From: Felis catus
Lineage: Eukaryota
NCBI RefSeq assembly: GCF_018350175.1
Contig: NC_058368.1
Location: 222,334,001-222,398,000, forward strand
Direction: 5' to 3'
Length of the DNA: 64,000 bases
The notes under the pieces are model-generated. The model did not search any database. It was not told the DNA's origin and was given only the letters and a program-made list of their open reading frames with translations. The first letter of the stretch is position 1; each line of letters starts with the position of its first letter. Positions 25,181 through 39,759 of the stretch are shown here, piece after piece. The position numbers and the translations under genes were made by a program.

Positions 25181-27695
25181 TGTAGTGGGTTGAATAACGT
25201 CCTTCAAAGATATCAGGTCCTCACATCTCTAGACCTGTAAACGTCTACTTAGGGAAAAATGGTGAAGGAACTCAGGTGGTAGATCCTAAACACAATCTCA
25301 TTTATCTTTACAAGAGGGAGGCAGAAGGAGATTTGAATATACACAGAGGAGAAGGCCTTGCAAAGCTAGGACTGAGAGACTGGAGGAATGTGGCAAAGCC
25401 AACGAATGCTGACTGCCTCTACATGGAAGAGGCAAGCAACAAATGTTCCTTTAGAGCCTTTGGACGAGTAAAGCCCTGTCAACACCTTGATTCTGGCTCA
25501 GTGACACTGATGTTGGAATTCTGGCCTCCAGAACTATGATATAATAAACGTGTGTTCTTCTAAGCCACTAGGCTTGTAGTTTGTTATACAAGCCATTGGA
25601 AACTGATATAGATTTTGATATAGGGATGTGGGATATTGTGTAATACTTGCCTGAAAGTGTTGAAGGGCTTTGGAATTGAATAATGGGTAAAGGAAGGAAG
25701 AATCTTAAGGGACATGGTAAAAAAAAATCCTTAGATTTGCATAATCACGTTGTTGGTAGAAATGTGAATTAAAGGCATTTCTGACGGTGCTCAGAAGGAA
25801 ATAAGGAGTGTATCACTGGGCACTGAAGGAAATGCTGTATTTGCTACATAGCAGCAGAAAACTTAGCTAAGTTGTGCCTTCTGGTAGTTTGGAGAAGCAG
25901 AACTTGCAAACAAGGAACCTGGCTATTTAGCTGAAAATATTTCCAAGTAAAGCTTTGAAGGTGTAGCCAGCTTGTAGCAGAAACAACCAGAGATAAATGA
26001 AGGAAGAAACTGTGAGGCGAGGAAGATCCATCACTTGCTAATTGAGAAACTCAGCCTATTCCAATGATGACAAAATGTGATACAATCAGAGCAAACACTA
26101 GGGAAGCATGATTTGGAGAGAAGGCCTAGAGTGTGGCTGGGCACCCTTTAACAGTGCTGAAGAGATTACACACATGACACAGAAATTCACTCAGCTACCT
26201 CAGGGGAAGCCTGGAATAGAGATGGGATTCTCCAGAGAGGGTCTGTGGCAGATGCTATATCTAAAGGCATGAAAACCTGTGATATTTCTGAGCAAACCGC
26301 AAGGTTTTTGAGAAATACTAGGCCACCATAAACACTGCCACCTTGGACGGGAATGGATAGGCCCTGGACAAAATGAAGAAAGGCCTTTCAACTACCAAAA
26401 CTCCACGGGAGGGAAATAGTGTGATACCACTACTGAGCAGCACACATATGTGACCCCTTAAGTCAAAGGAAAGTGATTCTGAGGGCGGGAACCTGGGCCC
26501 AGAGGCCATAGCGATGGGCTCAGAAGAAGGGACATAAGCCCCAAGCATAGTGGTAGAAGATGGAACTGTGGTGCAGACAGTAGGGTCTTGAGCCACAGAA
26601 CATTATTCCCAGGCCTTAAAGCCTGATAGAATCTATCTTGATGTTTCTTTACATTTCTTGGAGTTTATGACTCCTTTCTTCATTTCCCTTTTGGAATGGG
26701 AATGACTATAATTATACTATGTCGGTCCCATAACTGTATGTTCGCAACCAATACCTTTGTAAGTTTCAAAGGTATATCGAAGCCAATTTTGCCTCAGAAT
26801 GGATCATACCTAGGATCTTATACACTTGATTTAAATGTGTCAGATGATGAGATTTGGGATTTTTCTTTCTTTTTTAATGTTGATTTTTGAGAGAGAGAGA
26901 GAGAGAGAGAGTGTGGGGGAGAGACAGAGAAGGAGGGAGACAGAGGGTCTGAAGTGGGCTCCGTGCTGATAGCAGAGAACTTGATTTGTGGCTTGGACTC
27001 AGGAAATGTGAGATCGTGACCTGAGCCAACGTCAGATGGTTAACTGGCTGAGCCACCCAGGGGCCCCAAGGTTTGGGATTTTTCAACTGATGGTATTTAG
27101 ATGACATTTTAGACTTGTGTAGATGAATGTGTGGAGATGTTGGATGGGGTAAATATATTTTGCAGGTGTTATAGTCATGAATCCTTGAGGGCCAGAAAGA
27201 GCCTTATAATAGGCTGGACAGTGTCCCCCAGATATAGGAACCTAATCCCTTGAGCATATACCCATGACATGTATGTTATCTTATTTGAGAAACAAAGGCC
27301 TTTGGGAAGTCTTTTCAGAAGTGACCGAAATAAACACTTGGTGATAAGATCATTATCCAGGATTATCTGGGTGATGCCCGAATGCAGTTACATACACCTC
27401 TGGAAGAAGGAGCTGGGGAAGATTCCGCACAGACACAAAGAAGGCAGTGTGACCGTGGAGGGTTGCATGGTGCAAACCAAGGAATGCCAGCAGCAGCAGA
27501 ACCCAGAAGAGGCAAAGGACACTTTCTGCTCTAACCCTTTAGAGTGATTGCAAAACCACCAACATACATTGATTTTAGCCCCATGATACTGATGTCCAAC
27601 CTTTGGTCTCCAAAACTTTGAGAGAATAAGTGTTTATTGTTCAAGCTACCAAGTTGGTGGTAAATTTGTTACAGTTATCATATGAAATTCATACA
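25181..27695 (+). mobile_element. Two-LTR ERVL-MaLR provirus (MLT1C-like LTRs at 25181-25610 and ~27205-27695, MLT-int between)
   Basis: LTR start tgtagtgggttgaat; both LTRs end with similar ...ttgtta...gaaa.t.ata(c/t)a; internal region starts gattttg... Confidence 0.85.
26866..27067 (-). mobile_element. Can-SINE nested in the MaLR internal region
   Basis: TSD tttgggattttt at 26853-26864 and 27072-27083. Confidence 0.9.
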
Positions 27696-28397
27696 GTATG
27701 AAAGATGCTATCTGCTATCTGAATTATATTAATATTTTTAAAGAAACAAGATATTATCTAAATTGCCCAAATTTTACCTAACGGTATGAATATATCATTT
27801 TTCTAATTACCTGCACTTATTTCATTAGTAAAATCAAATGTCTATCTGAATAAAAGGCTTCATCGTAGAATATGGACTTCATTATGAAATTTTAAAGAAG
27901 AAGGAAAAATAGAGTAGGTAAAGGATTTGAATGAATGTAGTTATATAATTTGGGGTATAATGCATCTTTTTACATGAGAGCCAGTGTCTTTTCAAGTCCC
28001 TTTTTCCCTGTCTACCTCATGACAGTTGTGAGGATAAAAGGTACACTGCAAATATAGAGAGCAAATATACATTAAAGTAGTTTCAGTCCTAAAGTGACGC
28101 GTAAATACTATTGTATTGGTACTTCTCTAGAGTCTGGTAGAATAACCCATCACCCGCATCCCTGCAACCCTCCCCAAATGTCGCTTACTTTTCCAGTCTT
28201 TGATTTCAGTGAGAATTATCCAGAACTCTATAGTGAGTTTTCAAACTGAACACACCTGCAAATGTTTACAAGCTGAAATTATATTCTTTCTTATGGGGTA
28301 GTGTTCGTGTCTTGAAGTCAGACACTCTCAAAATTTATATTTTCATCTCTGGTGATTATATGCAAAGATGATTATATGCATGATGATGACTGTGGGG

Positions 28398-28432
28398 TGT
28401 GTGTGTGTGCGCGTGTGTGTGTGTGTGTGTGT
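28398..28432. repeat. (TG)n microsatellite
   Basis: Direct reading. Confidence 0.9.
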
Positions 28433-28511
28433 ATGAAGAGTGTGCAGTGTACTGCAGGTTATAGCCCTGGGATAGGATACTTTTACAAAGACTTTTAAAA
28501 ATCTCATACTT

Positions 28512-28708
28512 GGGGCTCCTGGGTGGCTTAGTCAGTTAAGCCCCTGACTTCAGCTGACAGTTCGTGAGTTTGAGCCCCACACTGGGCTGTGTGCTAACAG
28601 CTTAGAGCCTGGAGCCTGCTTCGGCTTCTGTGTCTCCCTCTCTTTTTGCCCCTTCCCTGATCGTGCTCTGTCTCTGTCTCTCAAAAATAAATAAACATTA
28701 AAAAATTG
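28512..28708 (+). mobile_element. SINEC_Fc-type SINE
   Basis: TSD aaaatctcatact on both sides. Confidence 0.93.
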
Positions 28709-29981
28709 AAAATCTCATACTCATATGTCTTAAGCTAATATCTAATGTCGATTATGTATATGAAACTTGTCCATTAGTCTTGTATAGTGCAAATAATACA
28801 AAATATGTTTTCATTTACCTTGTCCCATAGTTATTTTTCTAAAGACCTGTACATATCTAAAGATTTCACGCTTCCCTTACTCTCACTATAAATAAATCAA
28901 GATTTCACATTTTAAATGTCTTTAGTGGGACATCTAAAACTCCCAACTTTATAATGTCCCTGTAGCTTCATTTCCTACTCAAGTCACATAGAATATGCCA
29001 TTTCCTGAGGTAATTGGTCTTTTACAGCTCCGTGCGTTGGAAGGTTTGCTTTCTATTTCTGAAATAAATTTACTCTTATCTTTGTATAAACCTTCACATC
29101 CTTCAAGTTGAAAAATTAACATTCTATATGTAAGTTCTCATCCCACCAGGAAAATTTAGCTGTGCTGCGTGCTGTTTGTCATCAGCCCTTTATATATCTT
29201 CATTATAGGATTTACTATGTAATAGTGCCGTATAATTCAGTGGCTGTTTCAGTAGACAAAACTGCTCAAGGAAGGTATCTTTGATAAATTAATTATGTTG
29301 CTAATGTGTGATAATCAAATGTCTGTCCTTGGAATAATACAATTTATATAATTAAATGTACACATTTCAGAAAAATGATACAAGGTGAAAGAAAGTATTC
29401 TGCAGGGAAAAATCATTTTAGATTTAAAAAAAAAGATACAAACATGGAGCCATAAATTAAAATTTGATTTTTACAATTTTTTAGAAGGTTCCATTTTCCT
29501 TCAAAAAAAAATCCAACAAGACGAATCTATTTTTATCCATAGACATCATTTTAACTTGAATAACCCTGAGTGAGGTTTTTCTAATTCAACTGCAACACAA
29601 ATTCTTTTCATGAAATTAAAGCATTCTCTACTTAAGACACTTACTTTTTCTTTTTGACTGGAAGTGAAATAGTACTTAATAAAACCTAGTATTATTTATA
29701 TTTAGAAGCCAAGGGAGTAACCAAAAATTGTTATAATAATTAACTAATTTGACTCTACCTAGTACCTTTGGTAGTAGATGGTTTATTTTATAGCAATTAA
29801 CTATGCTAGAATAACAACTACTATTTATATTATCATTAACTTACATTGTTTTATTTTTTAATTAAAAACATTTTAAGTTTTTATTTATATTCCAGGTAGT
29901 TAACATACAGCGTAATAATAGTTTCAGGAAGACATATATTTTCTTAGCATTCAGAAGAATATTAGAAAATGATCAAATCCA

Positions 29982-30195
29982 AGGGTGCCTGGGTGGCTCA
30001 GTCGGTTGAGCATCCGACTTTGGCTCAGGTCAGGATCTTGCAGTTGGTGAGTTTGGGCCCCGCATAGGGCTCTGTGCTGACAGCTCAGAGCCTGGAGCCT
30101 GTTTCACATTCTGTGTCTCCCTCTCTCTGCCCCTTCCCTGCTCATGCTCTGTCTCTCTCTGTCTCTCAAAAATGAATAAATGTTAAAAAAAAAAA
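29982..30195 (+). mobile_element. SINEC_Fc-type SINE
   Basis: TSD gatcaaatcc on both sides. Confidence 0.93.
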
Positions 30196-31087
30196 GATCA
30201 AATCCCTAATTTAAAGGGAGAAAAACTGAGATATAGTAGAATTGTCAATGGGTGGGCAGATTAAAATACAAAGAAATGTACCCTGTATAATCTATCCTGT
30301 GTTTTACTTCTTAGGATAATTTGTGTTGGTAACAAACTTCCTTCCAATCAATTTGACGTGCTTTGCAAACATTTTCTTAATATTATTTAAAACATCTGTA
30401 ATAGATTTTGGGTGAGAAGTGTTAACTATGTTGTAGAAAATTGGCATGGGATAGTCTTCTATTATAACTTTCTTTTTTGACGATGGTTCCCTAAAGATTA
30501 TCGGTTAACAGTAGTAAGAGAGGCTTTAAATAAGAGTGTGTATATGCATCAGTATTTGGGATTGTTTTGTGAAGTATAAGGCCATCAGTCTTGTTTTCCT
30601 GATAGATGGTGAGATTTAAAATATGATTTTCAATGTGGAATTTAAGACCTATTTTTTAAACCCACATACAAAGGCAGAAATGTCAAGGTTTTTGAAGTCA
30701 GTGAGAAGAGAATGATGGTGTTTGCTTCCAGTAAGACACAGCCTCCTGGAACAAATTGGGAGTCCTGCATGTTTCTTATTCGGCAAAGCAACCCCAGGCG
30801 TAGAGGTTCCGGTCAATGTTTTTTTAACTACCTCTCAAGGGAAATATCAGAAAGGTCACACAGGAAAGAAATGTTTCTCAATACCCACATTACATCCAAC
30901 AGCCTGATTGGTCTGGAAACTGGAGAATATATAGAGATAAAGATCACAGAACACATACAATATTGCCTTCGGAAGTAACCCAGGAAGGGAAAAGTATCAG
31001 GAAACCGAATGGTTGAAAGTGTTAGAGCATTGAAATAGGATATGCTCACCTGATACTATTTCCCAACAAGGCACTGATTGACATTTT

Positions 31088-31239
31088 AAAGCTTATTTAT
31101 TTTTGAGACAGACAGAGGATCTGAAGCAGGCTCCACACTGACAGCAGAGAGCCCAACGTGAGACTTGAACTCAATAACCATCAGATCATGACTTGAGTTG
31201 AAGTTGGAAGATTAACCGACTGAGCTCCCCATGTTGTCC
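31088..31239 (-). mobile_element. Can-SINE, short and diverged
   Basis: ctgaagcaggctccacactgacagcagagagccc body. Confidence 0.8.
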
Positions 31240-32971
31240 TGATTCATATTTTAAATGAAAGTAGAAAGATTGCACATCTTACAAAATTCTAATTTATGGC
31301 AAACACAGTCATGGTGCACTATAGGTATACATTATTTTTTTTTCTCTAATTCATAATAAGATGCACACTGAAGTCACAGAAATAATGCTAAAATCCAGAA
31401 TTTTTGAAAGCTTGGGAGGTGGACCATGTTTCAAATCTCACTGAAGTATTTACTATATATTTGATTTTTCTACCAGATGAAGATTAATAATTTTTACCTA
31501 AGTAAATTTTATTTGGATTAAATACAAATACATAAGGAGCAAATTAGAAACATTCTCTTTATCTCAATTAGCTCTGAAGTAGAAATTTAGGCCAGCAAGA
31601 ATTCTCCTAAGGCTTGTTTCAGTTCTAGGTATGAATAGGTTGCATTTAACTATTATCTACACAACAACCAGCAGCATTTTATGTATAGGCTCAATTTGAC
31701 ATATTTAAAATTAAGTTTATTTATTACATGCCCTTATAGTAAGTCAGCAAAGAATTGAAAAAATAAAGTTGACTATAAGAGGCATAACAAAGAGAAGTTG
31801 CAAACCCAATAATATGATGACATTTTATAAACTCAAAAATGTGCAATCGTATATACAACCTTAATGATATGAGGGAAGCTTCACAATTGATTGATAATTC
31901 AAAATAGGCAGACTGAAATTTTATGTACATAACGTCTTCCAATTTATTTTAGAATACACTGACATTTCGTCTATATTCTATGTTGTTTCAGGGCATGGAC
32001 AAAATATTAAATAAGTTAATACACTATAGATATCTTCATTGCTGACATACCTAACTTTCATTACTTTGTACCTCAATAGTCCCCAGTGTAAAACTGCAAG
32101 TTTTTTTCTTGCCCCATCCTTCCCTTTTTAATCTCGGGAAATTTTGAGGGCTTTATAATATCACTCTTCTGAAACAGAGCCCATCTCCTGTTGGACTTTC
32201 TATTGTAGCTGTGCTATTCGGGACCTGGATACTGTTGTTCCATTAAAATTGTTTCCTATACATTTCTCCATTTTCTGCCTGTCATTGTCAAGGTGCACAG
32301 CTCTGGGCTTTCAGCAACATCAACCCAGAGATGATTCTGCTGCCCTTACTTCTGACCAATCTACAAGGAAAATAATAAAACACTTAACTACAGAAAAAAG
32401 ATAACATGGCTCCATGATGAAAAATATCAGTAAGACATCAATAACTAAACAATAAGGTGAAGGACAGAGAAAAGAGGTGTTTAGGCTCTTTTTTCCCCTT
32501 TTTTCTTCTTTCTAGGGCATTGTAGGTAGCATAGGTAGCAATTCTGGAATAATTTTTATTTATTTCTATCTCTTAGAAGTAAATAATTTTTATTTACTTC
32601 TATGTATTCTATGTCTTTCTGAACTTATTCTATAAGATGTCTCCCCTGCTCTGTGAACTAATATCCCTGCTCCCTGCTCTATTTTTTTAATTCATTTTTT
32701 ATGATTTCTTTTTAGCTTTCTCTTCTAGGAGTTGTTCATGTATCTGCTTAGGTTAGTGGTCAGCCAATGACTGGGCGGAAGCTGTGCGTGAACAGGACAC
32801 GTGTGGAAGTCTTTGGCCACAGTCAGTGGTTTGCGTGTGGGTTTTGCAGAACATTCAAGGATCAGCAGGATCTAAATTGTGTTTCCAATTTAACTTTCCT
32901 CTTTCCATTCACTCATTTCTTTCCTGTGTGTGCCTGATTACTTAGTCAGGAGAGATGTGTGGAGAGCTTTT

Positions 32972-33131
32972 ATAATTTTTTTTTTTTGAGGGAGAGGGAA
33001 TAAAGAAAATCTCTGGCAGTCTCCATACCCAGTGTAGAGCCTAATGCGAGGCTCAATTTCACCACCATGATCATGACCTGAGCCCAAATCAAGAGTTTGA
33101 TGCTTAACCGACTGAGCCACCCAAATGCCCC
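32972..33131 (-). mobile_element. Can-SINE, older subfamily
   Basis: atcatgacctgagcccaaatcaagag...gactgagccaccca. Confidence 0.8.
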
Positions 33132-33317
33132 TTAAAACCTTCATAAAACTCTTCATTTCCATGATTTCCCATTAAATTTTTGGCTGGTCTGCTTTCCCAA
33201 ACAGAACCTTAAACTCAGGCTATAAAAGATTCAGATTTTTTCCTTTAAGTTCCAACTAAGTTTGTTGCTTTTATTGACCATGCCATTGGGCATGGGTAAG
33301 ATTTTGCCCTTGTCTCT

Positions 33318-33779
33318 TTTTTTTTTAATTAAAAAATATATATTTATTTATTCTGGAGAGAGAGATGCAGAGCACAAGCAAGGGAGGGGCGGAGGGAGAG
33401 GTAGACACAGAATCCAAAGCAGGTCCCAGGCTCCAAGTTGTCAGCAGAGAGCAGATTCCAGGCTCCAACTCATGAACCGTGAGATCATGACCTAAGCAGA
33501 AGTTGGATGCTCCGGGCGCCTGGGTGGCGCAGTCGGTTAAGCGTCCGACTTCAGCCAGGTCACGATCTCGCGGTCCATGCGTTCGAGCCCCGCGTCAGGC
33601 TCTGGGCTGATGGCTCAGAGCCTGGAGCCTGTTTCCGATTCTGTGTCTCCCTCTCTCTCTGCCCCTCCCCCGTTCATACTCTGTCTCTCTCTGTCCCAAA
33701 AATAAATAAAAACGTGGAAAAAAAATTAAAAAAAAAAAGAAGTTGGATGCTCAACCAACTGAGCCACCCAGAGGTACCC
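33318..33779 (-). mobile_element. Outer SINE, interrupted by a younger SINE
   Basis: Body at 33318-33512 resumes at 33738-33779. Confidence 0.88.
33513..33737 (+). mobile_element. Young SINEC_Fc inserted antisense into another SINE
   Basis: Perfect 15-bp TSD agaagttggatgctc at 33498-33512 and 33738-33752. Confidence 0.95.
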
Positions 33780-36145
33780 TTGCCTTTCTTTCTTAAAGAA
33801 GTCCGCCCTCTAAACAAACAGAGCTGCTGTGTTGCACTCTGAACCCTGACCTAACAAATCCACTACTGATGGTGGAAAAGGTAATTATGAGGCATTTTGC
33901 AAAACTTTGAAGTACTTGCTAATAAAACCATGCCATATTAAAATTAATGTCATGCAAACGAAGTTATGCTAAGAGAACGTGTACAGTTCTAAATTCTTAT
34001 ATTTGAAAAGGGAATCCTTAAAATTTATAATATGTTTTCTATTTTAGAAAGCTAGAAATAAATGGGGAGCAAATGAAAAACAAGTATGCACGAAGAAGGA
34101 AGTACATCTTACAGCCAAACAATAATGTTGAATTAGATGCCAAATGAAAAACACGAAACTATTAAGAGCCAAAGTTATTTTTCTGAGTAAACTAATAAAT
34201 TGAATAGTTCTCAAAAATGACTGGAGGTTTCATAATATCGTTAAATCATGCCAAAATTAAGATAAGGAGATACAGAAGTGACGAGTTTTTTCATGGCTAC
34301 TCGTGGATCAGAAGTTGAGGATTAAGTGTAGAATTGAAGCTAAATATCTGGAATAATTTATTTCTATTTTCTAGGATAATTGGAAAAAATAACCAAGCCA
34401 ATTAAAATGTAGACAACAGATTATAGAGTGACTACTTGATTAGTGTCCATCAAATGGTTTTAATATAAATGTTTCATCTTATTTGCTGTGAATCTTATGA
34501 TGGGTTTAGTTCATTAAACTCAAAAAAGAAGGAGGCCAAGAAATGAGTGAAAGCTAACTAGTTTAGCATAAGGGGAAATAATTGGAATTCAACGAAGCCA
34601 AATATCCCTGCATATAAAGTTATGCCTTAAACGTAAATTAAACTAATTAGCTAGAAAGAGTTAATGCAGCTTCCAAAGACACTGTTCTTTGATAGCAAAG
34701 AACAGTTTATGAACTGAGTGAATCTGGGTCATAAAGCCTAAGTGCCTTAATATAGTCTAACCCACACTTCTTTTTTTTACAGTTTTGGATCTTGAGGCAT
34801 GGAAAGTAATAGTTTCCAACGTTTATACTAGTGGTTGGTAATATCATTCACCCAACCCAGTGTCCATTCTACTATAGCATAACATTTTAAAGCCTGTTTA
34901 ATAACATTTACTTAATGTATTTCAAATGTAAACGTCTTTAATATATAGCTTAATATGTAATATTCCGATGTTAAAATTATATTGGCTTTTGCAGTCACTT
35001 GTGCTACATTGTACATGTTGCATTTATACATGTTGATTTCTCATTTTTGATATCTGGTAGAAAATCCATGCTTTTATTGGTGTGTGTAATATTCACCTTT
35101 ATATGAAGAAGTAAGAGTAGAACAGAAATATATTTTCCTGAACTCTACTTGAAACTTATTAAATAATATCATAAATTTTAAAAGATTTTGTATAATTGAT
35201 TGATTTGTTTTAAAAGTTTTTTTAAGTTAATGAAATAGAATCTATTTATATTATTTAATTTCCCATACTGTAAGCATGGCTAATTCTAAAACATACATAG
35301 AAACATGGTGACTGCCGCAATATAAACACTCTCTAATTATAGTAATCATGTATTCTTGGAAATTATTTTCTGAATGTGAGTCTCTATAAACAAAATTATG
35401 ATTGTGTGAAGGCTGCTGCTCTACTTATGTTCTAACTTTCCATTAATGCATAAATGAAGGTCAATCTTTTACCTGTAGGTTTATGATTATTTTGTTAATT
35501 GTATCAGGTATTTATGACATACATAAGTTTCCTTCATATTTTGCTAGGCCCTGAAGATATAATGAAGGCAAATATAGCTTCGTCCTTCAAGGACTTATAC
35601 TCTAGTGTGTATTATTTTGTTTTCTGAATTCCTATTAGACCTATGCCATCTATGTATTCCATTGTCTATGTCTTACATCTACCAAAAGATTGTATGCATT
35701 TTCAGCAGAGTGATGACGTGTATGGCCTTTATTATGTTGAGGTACATTACATCTACACACACTTTGTTGAGAGTTTTTATCATGAATAGATACTGAATTT
35801 CTCAATTGCTTTTTGTCCATCAGTTGAGATGATCATATACTTTTTATCCTTCATTTCGTTTATCTGGCATATCACACTGACTATCCTTTTATCCTTGGAA
35901 TAATTCCCACTTGATCATGGTGAATGATCCTTTTAATGTATTTTAGAGTTTATTTTGCTAATATTGTGTTGAGGATTTTTGTATCTATGTTTGTCAGGGA
36001 TATCAGTCTGTAATTTTCTTTTGTGGTGGTGACCTAATCTTGTTTTGGTATCAGGGTAATGCTGGTCTCATAAAATGTATCCGGAAGCATTCTGTCCTTT
36101 TCAATTTTTTTGGAAGACTTTGAGAAGGATAGGTATTAAATCTTT

Positions 36146-36366
36146 GGGGTGCCTGGGTGGCACAGTCGGTTAAGCATCCAACTTCGGCTCAGGTCATGAT
36201 CTCGCGGTTCGTGAGTTCAAGCCCTGCGTCGGGCTCTGTGCTGACAGCTCAGAACCTGGAGCCTGTTTCAGATTCTGTGTCTCCCTCTCTCTCTCTCTGA
36301 CCTTCCCCCGTTCATGCTCTGTCTCTCTCTGTCTCAAAAATAAATAAACGTTAAAAAATTTTTGTT
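36146..36366 (+). mobile_element. SINEC_Fc-type SINE nested in L1
   Basis: TSD ttaaatcttt on both sides. Confidence 0.93.
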
Positions 36367-36867
36367 TTAAATCTTTGACTGGCAGGATTCACCTGTGAAG
36401 CAGTCTGGTCCTGGAGTTTTGTCTATTGGAGGTTTTTGATTACTAATTTAATTTCCTTACTAGAAATCTCTCTACTTAGATTTTCTATTTCTTCATTATG
36501 CAGTCTTGGAAGATTGTATAGCTACTCCAGCTTTCTTTTGGTTTCCATTTGTATAAAACATCTTTTCTGTCTCTTTATTCTCAGTCCGTGTGCGTTCTTA
36601 GATCTGAAGCAGGTCTCTTGCAGACAGCCAATAGATGGGTTACTATTATTATTCTTTTATCCATTCACTCATTTTATATTTTTGGTTGGAGAATTTAGTC
36701 CATTTATATATAACTTATTGATATGTATGTACTTATTGCCATATGGTTGTTTTGAAATATCTCTATGTTCCTATTATTTTCTCTAGCTTTTGTCTCTTTT
36801 ATCTGATGATTTTCTGTAGTATTATGCTTCGATTTCTTTCTCATTATCTTTTGTATATCTACTATAG

Positions 36868-36868
<1 letters not shown>

Positions 36869-36914
<46 letters not shown>
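36869..36914. repeat. (TG)n microsatellite
   Basis: Direct reading. Confidence 0.95.
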
Positions 36915-36916
<2 letters not shown>

Positions 36917-39759
36917 TGTATGGTTACTATGAGGCCCACATGTAGCAATGCATTCTAAATCTCTAGATTTTCCTTTCCTCCCCAATGTTTTATGCTTTTG
37001 AAGCCACATTTTACATGTTTTTACATATCCTGCCACTTAGTCAAAGCTCCAAGACAAGCAAATAGGTCTTTTTCACAGGAAGATTGGTGTTGTGTTTTGG
37101 TTTGCCCTCTGTGAAGTGCCTTGGGGGTGAGAGCCTGAAGAGAACTGTATCTTTGATTGTTTTGGACTTGTGGGGTCCAGAAATGCAACACCCCTCGGAC
37201 ACCAAAGTGGATGCTCAATGACTATCCCATGTGTGTGTTGTGTACAGCCTTGGTGGGGCATCAAGAGGCACGAAGATGGGGTGCACCCCTCCACCCCTGT
37301 CTCTAGCATTTTGATAGAGAATGCAGAAATGGTGCTCACCAGCAATGGTGCTAGCAAGGTAGAGGGAGAATCCAAAAATGGTGGCCGTCGGTGCCTCAGC
37401 CCCTGAAAAAGTTCTTATGGGCTCCTGCCCTCCAGCAGGTACTTTATGATTAGCAAATGAATCCCCTTTCCATATGATTAGGCCTTTTTCAAATTGTTGC
37501 TTTTGGTGTGGTTCCCAAGGTGAGTGTATCTGCACATGGACCCTTTAAGAGAGGAATTTCTGTTCCCTACAGCCCCAGGATTCTCCCTGATAAAAGCTCT
37601 ATCAATTTGAAACCCAGATATTTTGGTAGCTTGCCTCTCTGATTCAGGGTTCAAAGTTTGGTGTGCCTTATGTGGGGCACAAATCCTTCACTCCTCATAA
37701 GGAAGTTATGTATTTCTGAGATCTCTCCAGACTGTGGGTCACTGCATCCGGCTTGGGGATTTTGGTGAGACTGTCTCAGGCTCTCCTAACTGTATCCCAA
37801 TGAAGCTCTTTTATCTTTTGGTGAGGAGAAGATTGCAGCTAGTTTTCAGGTCTTTTACGGAAGGAATTGTTGTATGCATAATGTAGTTTTGTTTTGTCTA
37901 GCGATGGATGTGAACTCAGGATTTCTCTATGCTACCCTCTTGAACCATCTACAATAAGTCTTTTGCCTTTAAGATCATTGTGTTGAATTTTTATAAAGCT
38001 ACACTAGCTTTTCCAGATTCGGTGATTGGAATATACCTAGAATTTAATACTAATAACAAAAATAATAAAATTGTCAAGTCTTAAATCAAAATAAAAATAT
38101 TACCCTAAAATATTTTGGGAAAAAAATGGAAACTAAGGCCATATTTGCAGAATGCTATATAAATAATTAAACTATAATACAGATATTTATGTATCTAAAA
38201 TACATAAATCAAAATCTTTGTTATGTACATATGATAGTCTTAACACAATGATTCTTAGTCTTAAATACAAGGCAAAATAAACTATTGGAAAACCGGAAGA
38301 TCAATCAACCTCAATGTAAAAATTAACAAAATATCAAAGTAAATAAAAAATTAACATGTAAATATAATCAGTAATAAATGACTATAATCATTTTAGAATT
38401 TAAAAATAACCAGATACAAATGATATTAAAAGAATATGGAATGTGTATATAAAACTCTATAAATTATTTTAATATATACATTTGCAGGGTAGAACATTTC
38501 TTTATTAGTATACTTTTTGTTTAATAAAAACACAAATCAAGTGTTTTGTGGATTTCATTACACCATGTTCCGAAAAGATAGTTGGGATTATTGGTACTTC
38601 TTTTAAGATTTTTAAAGGTTTACAGCAGTTAATGACTAATTTTTTCAATATAGGGGCACTTAAAAAGATATGTATATATTTGCTTAGAGACATTAAACAT
38701 ATTTTCCAGTTCTCTTTTTCTCCTTCCATTATTTTATTGTAGTGTTCTGATATAGATCACTTACTGAGTCTTTTATTTATTCTGTGTCTTTTTCCTTTTA
38801 TTTTAACATTTTAACTTTCCATCTGGATTTTGCTGTTATTAAAATTGTTTAGTATGTAAACATCATGTCAGTTATATCCACATTATAGTCTCAACTATAT
38901 GACATTTGAAAATTTGAATGTTTTATGTTAAAAAATGTTTTCTTCTTAAATCATCATTATATGCAATTCATAATCTGCCTCTCCATTCTTGAGTTTTTCT
39001 GGCTTACTTTTAGTCATCCCTTTTCTTTCTTCTATATGTACATACATGGAATATCTAAATACCAAATTGCTTTTTCATTCTATTAAACGGATGTATCCCA
39101 TTAAAATTATTTCTTTAAGATGTATATTTGATAACATTGCTATTGTGCTATTTTATTCTTTTTTTCTTGGATTGTCACTTTTGATATATCCTTTATATTC
39201 TAATTTTGGTGGAATATTCATATTCTTTGAGCGTGTGTTCTGTATTTTCTTCCTATCTTTTTTATCTCACATCCCACTCATTATGGTTCACTGTGTCTCT
39301 TCCCATCAGTCCTTCATTTCTCAGGAGAGTTACTGGTCTGTTCCACTTTTCTGTGCTCTGATGGCTTTAGAAAGTGGGCTCAGCTGGGCTGTTGGTAATA
39401 TAAATTGTTGGATTTGCTCTCCACATTTTTTCAGTTATTGAATTGAAAGTACTGTGCAAGGATTTATTCTATTCGATAAAAGAGTGCTGGATAATCCTTC
39501 AATTCACGATGGACTCCTGAGCCTTTGCCAATGCTAGAGGCAATTTGATATTTATATCCTCCCATTGCCAACATGTAGCCAGAAACTGCTCTTCTCTTCA
39601 CATTCACTAAAGGAGACACAGATAGGGGGGAAAAATACTATTTTTGGTTTCAGTGATAACAGAAGACAATTACATGGAGCTTTTGGGACATTTTTGCTTT
39701 AATGCCATATTCTCATTAAGATTTACTACTATTTTTGTTTGTGTAGTATTGTTTTATGT

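Larger units (their letters stand above)
35716..37950 (-). mobile_element. Fragmented L1 (ORF2 pieces plus probable 5' region)
   Basis: Antisense ORF2 text (cccacttgatcatggtgaatgatc; ttttggtatcagggtaatgctgg; ggagaatttagtccattta). Confidence 0.8.
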
